Assembly (NCBI GenBank): GCA_039802265.1
Contig: JBDRWI010000043.1
Coordinates: 1-20,595 of the forward strand
From: a candidate division WOR-3 bacterium
GTDB lineage: Bacteria; Hydrothermota; Tepidihabitantia; SM23-42; JAOAFX01
Length of the DNA stretch: 20,595 nt
Direction: 5' to 3'
Positions 17,163-20,595 of this stretch are shown one piece after another (the stretch's first letter is position 1; the number at the start of each line of letters is the position of its first letter). The translations under genes were made by a program, and so were the position numbers. The notes under the pieces are model-generated. The model did no database searches. It had not been told where the DNA came from and was given only the letters and a program-made list of their open reading frames with translations.

Positions 17163-19592
17163 CTAATAGTCTTCCATCTCCTCAAATTCTTCTTCTCTTT
17201 GTTCGGTTCTTTGCGGCTCGGCTTTATGATTGTTGAAATTATAATTAAGGGTAAGGATTATTACCGGTGATTTGCGCTCATGCTCCTCGTGAATATAAAA
17301 ATTTTCTCCCCTTGAGGTGTGCTCAAACCTTCCGGTACTAAGTACATCACGGACCTGGAGAGTAAGATTCAATGACTTGGGAATAATCTCCTGCCTTAAT
17401 CCACCATTTACTACAAAAAACTTTTCCCTTTCACCTTGGGCCATAATATCTGAGCTGTTAAATATACCACTTATCTGAAGTCTCGTTCCCCTGCTTATAA
17501 TTAAGGTATTCATAGCACGCAAACTGTAGGTTCTTCCCTGAGATGAAAATGGGGAGTCGGCTATAACCCCTTCAATCCGGTGTTCATAAAGATTTGCAGA
17601 AAAATTGATATTGAGCCATCTTGCCAATTTCAGGTCTACTGTCGGTTCAAAACCATATGCATAATCCCTGCCGACATTCTCAACTGTATAAAATAGTGTT
17701 TCCCCATTATAAACACGGGTGGTATGTTCAATTTTGTTATGAGTAAGCCGGTAGTATCCATCAAGGGAGAATAGAAAATTTCCCCACTGTCTTTGATAAC
17801 CGAGTTCAAAGGCATTCACAAACTCCGGCAGTAATGCCGGGTTTCCTTTGAATATGGAATAGGGGCTGCGCTGTATTTCAAATGGTTCAAGGTCAAAATC
17901 CCGCGGTCGGTTTACTCGCCTTGTAAAACTAACCATAATCTGGTCGGTTGGTGGGAATTTATAGGAAATATGAAGGGTGGGAAAGAAATCAATCCTTCTG
18001 ATATTGACATCTTCAGTTGTCCCGGTCAACTGAATGAATCGGTATGTATATTCACCGCGGAGACCCGCCTGATATCCAAAATTTTTAATTTCGCCCCGGT
18101 GGGTAGTATAAATTGCATGGATATTATGGATGAAATCGGCGCGGTGGCTATATTCCGGACGATATATGTATTGCCGGTTCAGGGTGTCGTAAGTATATAC
18201 ATCCTGACCACCCCCCGCAAGCTGTACGGTTGATTGCGTTCCGGTTTCTAATTTACCATTTTTCTCGCTGCCAAAATTGAGTGGTGAGGTATAATCAAGA
18301 TTGAAGAGCAGTCGCATCATTGGACCACTTTCCACAGAACGCCATCCGCTTTTTATTACAGAGTCCTCCGTGCTCAAGGTGTTGGATGATTTATCTTCTC
18401 CATTATTTATGTTCAATGACAATCTGACTGTCAATTTCTGGTCTTTTTTGAAATTATTTATATAGTCTGAATTTAGCGTATACATGATTCCGCTACGTTC
18501 ACTATGGTCATCTTGAAAGAATATGGTTGTATCACCAGGGTCTGACCATCTGGTAAATTCCTCAAAAGATGAACGCTCCATACCTCTTCTTCTTAATTCA
18601 AGATTGACACCTATTCTACTCTTTGGGTCCAGCATATATTCACTGCCGATTTTAAGACCATAAAACCTTCTAAGCCACAGACTATTGCCCGCGCTCAGTG
18701 AATAGTAGGTAGTCTCCGGAGTAAAGGTCTGCCTTGTTTCCAGTTCCTTTCCTGGGAAATGAAAATTATTATAATCCAATCCCAAAAAGGTGCGCAGTTT
18801 CTTATGGCGATAATTTAAAAGAAAATCACCGGAATACTTTTTTTCAATCCCTAAACTCAGACTGGCAATGCCGTTTATCCCTGATTGTTTATCTTTTCTG
18901 GTTATGATATTTATAATGCCCGCAAGTCCCTCGGGGTCATATCTGGCTGATGGGTTTGTGATTATCTCTATGCGGTCGATTGTACTTGCTGGAATCTGTT
19001 GTAGGGCATCGCTTGGTTCAAGGATTGATGGAATGTTATCAACTAAAACGCGAAAATTTGAACTTCCCCGCAGGGTTACATTCCCCTGAATGTCGACATT
19101 TATTGAAGGAATGTTTTGCAGGATATCTACGGCAGTCCCGGACTGGCTTGCGTAATGCTCTTTTACATTAATTATCTTTTTATCAATCTTGAATTCAACC
19201 GGTAGTTTCTCCGCAGTTACCTCAAGACCTTCTACAAGGATTGGTTTCTGAATTAGTTTAATATAATTTAAATTTACATAGGGCTGTTGAACCGTAATAT
19301 TGACCTTCTTTACCTCGGTTTCAAATCCGACGAAGGAGAACTCAACAATGTATTCACCAATGTTTATACCGGAAATAAAGAAATTACCCTTTTGGTCAGT
19401 TGCAGTGCCGGTTATCTGTTTGTGCATATTATCATAGACTATGACATTAACCAATTCTATAGGTTGTTCGGTCTGGGAATCAATTACCGTGCCGGTTATC
19501 CTGCCCGGTCCGAATTCACCCCGGGCAATAAGTATATCAATAAATAATAAGACAATAATCTTAAAAACTCTATGTCGGTGAAGGATTCTCAT
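17163..19592 (-). CDS. TonB-dependent receptor-like outer-membrane beta-barrel protein (carboxypeptidase-regulatory-like N-domain, plug, barrel)
   Basis: Signal-peptide-like N-terminus; ITGTVID..T.QPI; TATDQKGNF; plug with GTAVDILQNIPSINVD and IEIITNPSARYDPEGLAGIINI; YQAGLRGE; GNPALLPE; amphipathic beta strands. Start is ATG 19592 or TTG 19619. Confidence 0.88.
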   Translation of the reverse strand: MRILHRHRVFKIIVLLFIDILIARGEFGPGRITGTVIDSQTEQPIELVNVIVYDNMHKQITGTATDQKGNFFISGINIGEYIVEFSFVGFETEVKKVNITVQQPYVNLNYIKLIQKPILVEGLEVTAEKLPVEFKIDKKIINVKEHYASQSGTAVDILQNIPSINVDIQGNVTLRGSSNFRVLVDNIPSILEPSDALQQIPASTIDRIEIITNPSARYDPEGLAGIINIITRKDKQSGINGIASLSLGIEKKYSGDFLLNYRHKKLRTFLGLDYNNFHFPGKELETRQTFTPETTYYSLSAGNSLWLRRFYGLKIGSEYMLDPKSRIGVNLELRRRGMERSSFEEFTRWSDPGDTTIFFQDDHSERSGIMYTLNSDYINNFKKDQKLTVRLSLNINNGEDKSSNTLSTEDSVIKSGWRSVESGPMMRLLFNLDYTSPLNFGSEKNGKLETGTQSTVQLAGGGQDVYTYDTLNRQYIYRPEYSHRADFIHNIHAIYTTHRGEIKNFGYQAGLRGEYTYRFIQLTGTTEDVNIRRIDFFPTLHISYKFPPTDQIMVSFTRRVNRPRDFDLEPFEIQRSPYSIFKGNPALLPEFVNAFELGYQRQWGNFLFSLDGYYRLTHNKIEHTTRVYNGETLFYTVENVGRDYAYGFEPTVDLKLARWLNINFSANLYEHRIEGVIADSPFSSQGRTYSLRAMNTLIISRGTRLQISGIFNSSDIMAQGEREKFFVVNGGLRQEIIPKSLNLTLQVRDVLSTGRFEHTSRGENFYIHEEHERKSPVIILTLNYNFNNHKAEPQRTEQREEEFEEMEDY

Positions 19593-19629
19593 ATTATCTT
19601 TGACGCTCGGATAAATCAAAAGGTTTAAT

Positions 19630-20354
19630 TATATAGTAACTGACCACTTTTTATATATCCTTCGGGCACACTTTTCAAAAGTTAAAAAGCCAACGATATT
19701 CGTATAGTGAAAAGGTTTATTTGCTCCCCGCTTCCTTATGATACAAAACATCCTCCCACCACATTATTTCATTCCTACCTAAACACACACCCTTTATCCA
19801 GCCAGAAAATATACCATACTTAACCCAGACATCCCCCTTCACACGAATTACAAAACCAACACCCAAACCATTCAAAAATTTAATAAATACTATCTTCCAA
19901 AAACTTCGGTCTTCCACAATCACAATCGGCATCCGTAAATACCGCGACACCAAACCAATAAATATCATAAAAGACAATCACGCTCAACCCGATCCTGCCA
20001 ATGTTCGTCGTTTAGATAGTCAACCACATTGCCAAAAAGCGGAATCGCCTGCCTCTTGTAAGGCAGGGATAAATAAAGTACCGAGTAATTACCCACTTTC
20101 GCCCGGTCAATAAGAATTTCTAAATAACTTCGGCTTTTAAACCACTACAGAAAATAAGGGATGATACCGGTGTAAGCATCTTCAAGTGTAAATTTGCTTT
20201 TGGCAAAGAAACGCCAGAGTCTATTTAAATTAGTCTTGAATTTAACCGGAGCCGGTAAATGGCGTGCCAATTCACACAGGACTGGTTTACAGATATCAAT
20301 AAAAGTTGCCGTGAGCAATTGGAGGGTTTTAACCCGGATTATCCATACCCTTTT
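19630..20354 (-). pseudogene. Degraded IS4-superfamily DDE transposase
   Basis: Minus frame from 20354 reads ELARHL..KTNLNRLWRFF ... (TAG 20147-20145) ... EILIDR..YLSLPYKRQAIPL (TGA 19967-19965). It shifts frame into VIVEDRSF..GFVIRVK (ADRGF-like), with a further shifted ARRIYKKW remnant near 19645-19665. The third catalytic Glu is missing. Confidence 0.75.
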
Positions 20355-20423
20355 TCATTCTGAGGGGGCTAAGCGACCGAAGAATCTCAAAAGTATCGCA
20401 AAACCGAGATTCTTCACTTCGTT
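20355..20423. repeat. Truncated palindromic (REP-like) repeat of the GTCATTCTGAG...GAAGAATCTC/GAGATTCTTC type
   Basis: TCATTCTGAGGGGGCTAAGCGACC, then a perfect 10-bp inverted repeat GAAGAATCTC (20379-20388) / GAGATTCTTC (20406-20415), then ACTTCGTT. The expected closing CAGAATGA arm is absent. Confidence 0.65.
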
Positions 20424-20595
20424 AATAGAATTGCCTTTTCTACTTTATCATAACCTTCGCTCTCAAGGCGCACAAAATAGATACCAGCAGATAGATTTTT
20501 TGGTGTAATCAATAGTTCATTCATCCCGATATTTGATTTTGGTATATCTTTTTATACACAAGCCGGCCACAACGTCGTAGAATTTGATTGTACTT

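Noticed and set aside
20194..20508. 104-aa plus-strand ORF
   Set aside because: It is antisense to the transposase relic and reads through the palindromic repeat; likely spurious.

Overview
Bacterial chromosomal window, probably from a diderm organism since it encodes an outer-membrane barrel. It holds (1) a complete nine-gene V/A-type ATPase operon in a circularly permuted order (C-F-A-B-D-H-I-K-E) with a Na+-type c subunit; (2) a tightly coupled operon of ruvX/yqgF, mltG, two paralogous coiled-coil class III nucleotidyl-cyclase-like genes and a pseudoREC-GAF-GGDEF gene; (3) rpsP-khpA; (4) a minus-strand TonB-dependent-type outer-membrane protein; (5) a decayed IS4-like transposase next to a palindromic repeat. 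The best candidate for an undescribed system is 10169-16244. The two cyclase paralogs keep the metal-binding and adenine-selecting residues but both lack the canonical transition-state Asn/Arg. They are coupled to a GGDEF enzyme with the Hypr (3',3'-cGAMP synthase) signature (Asp->Ser, GGDEY), an extra Asn->Asp change, and a PDE/CyaB-type GAF domain. Also notable are three TTGACA-N16-TATAAT/TATACT promoters driving leaderless or near-leaderless mRNAs, and two copies of a covarying ~100-nt inverted-repeat element. All calls come from reading motifs by eye; no searches were run.
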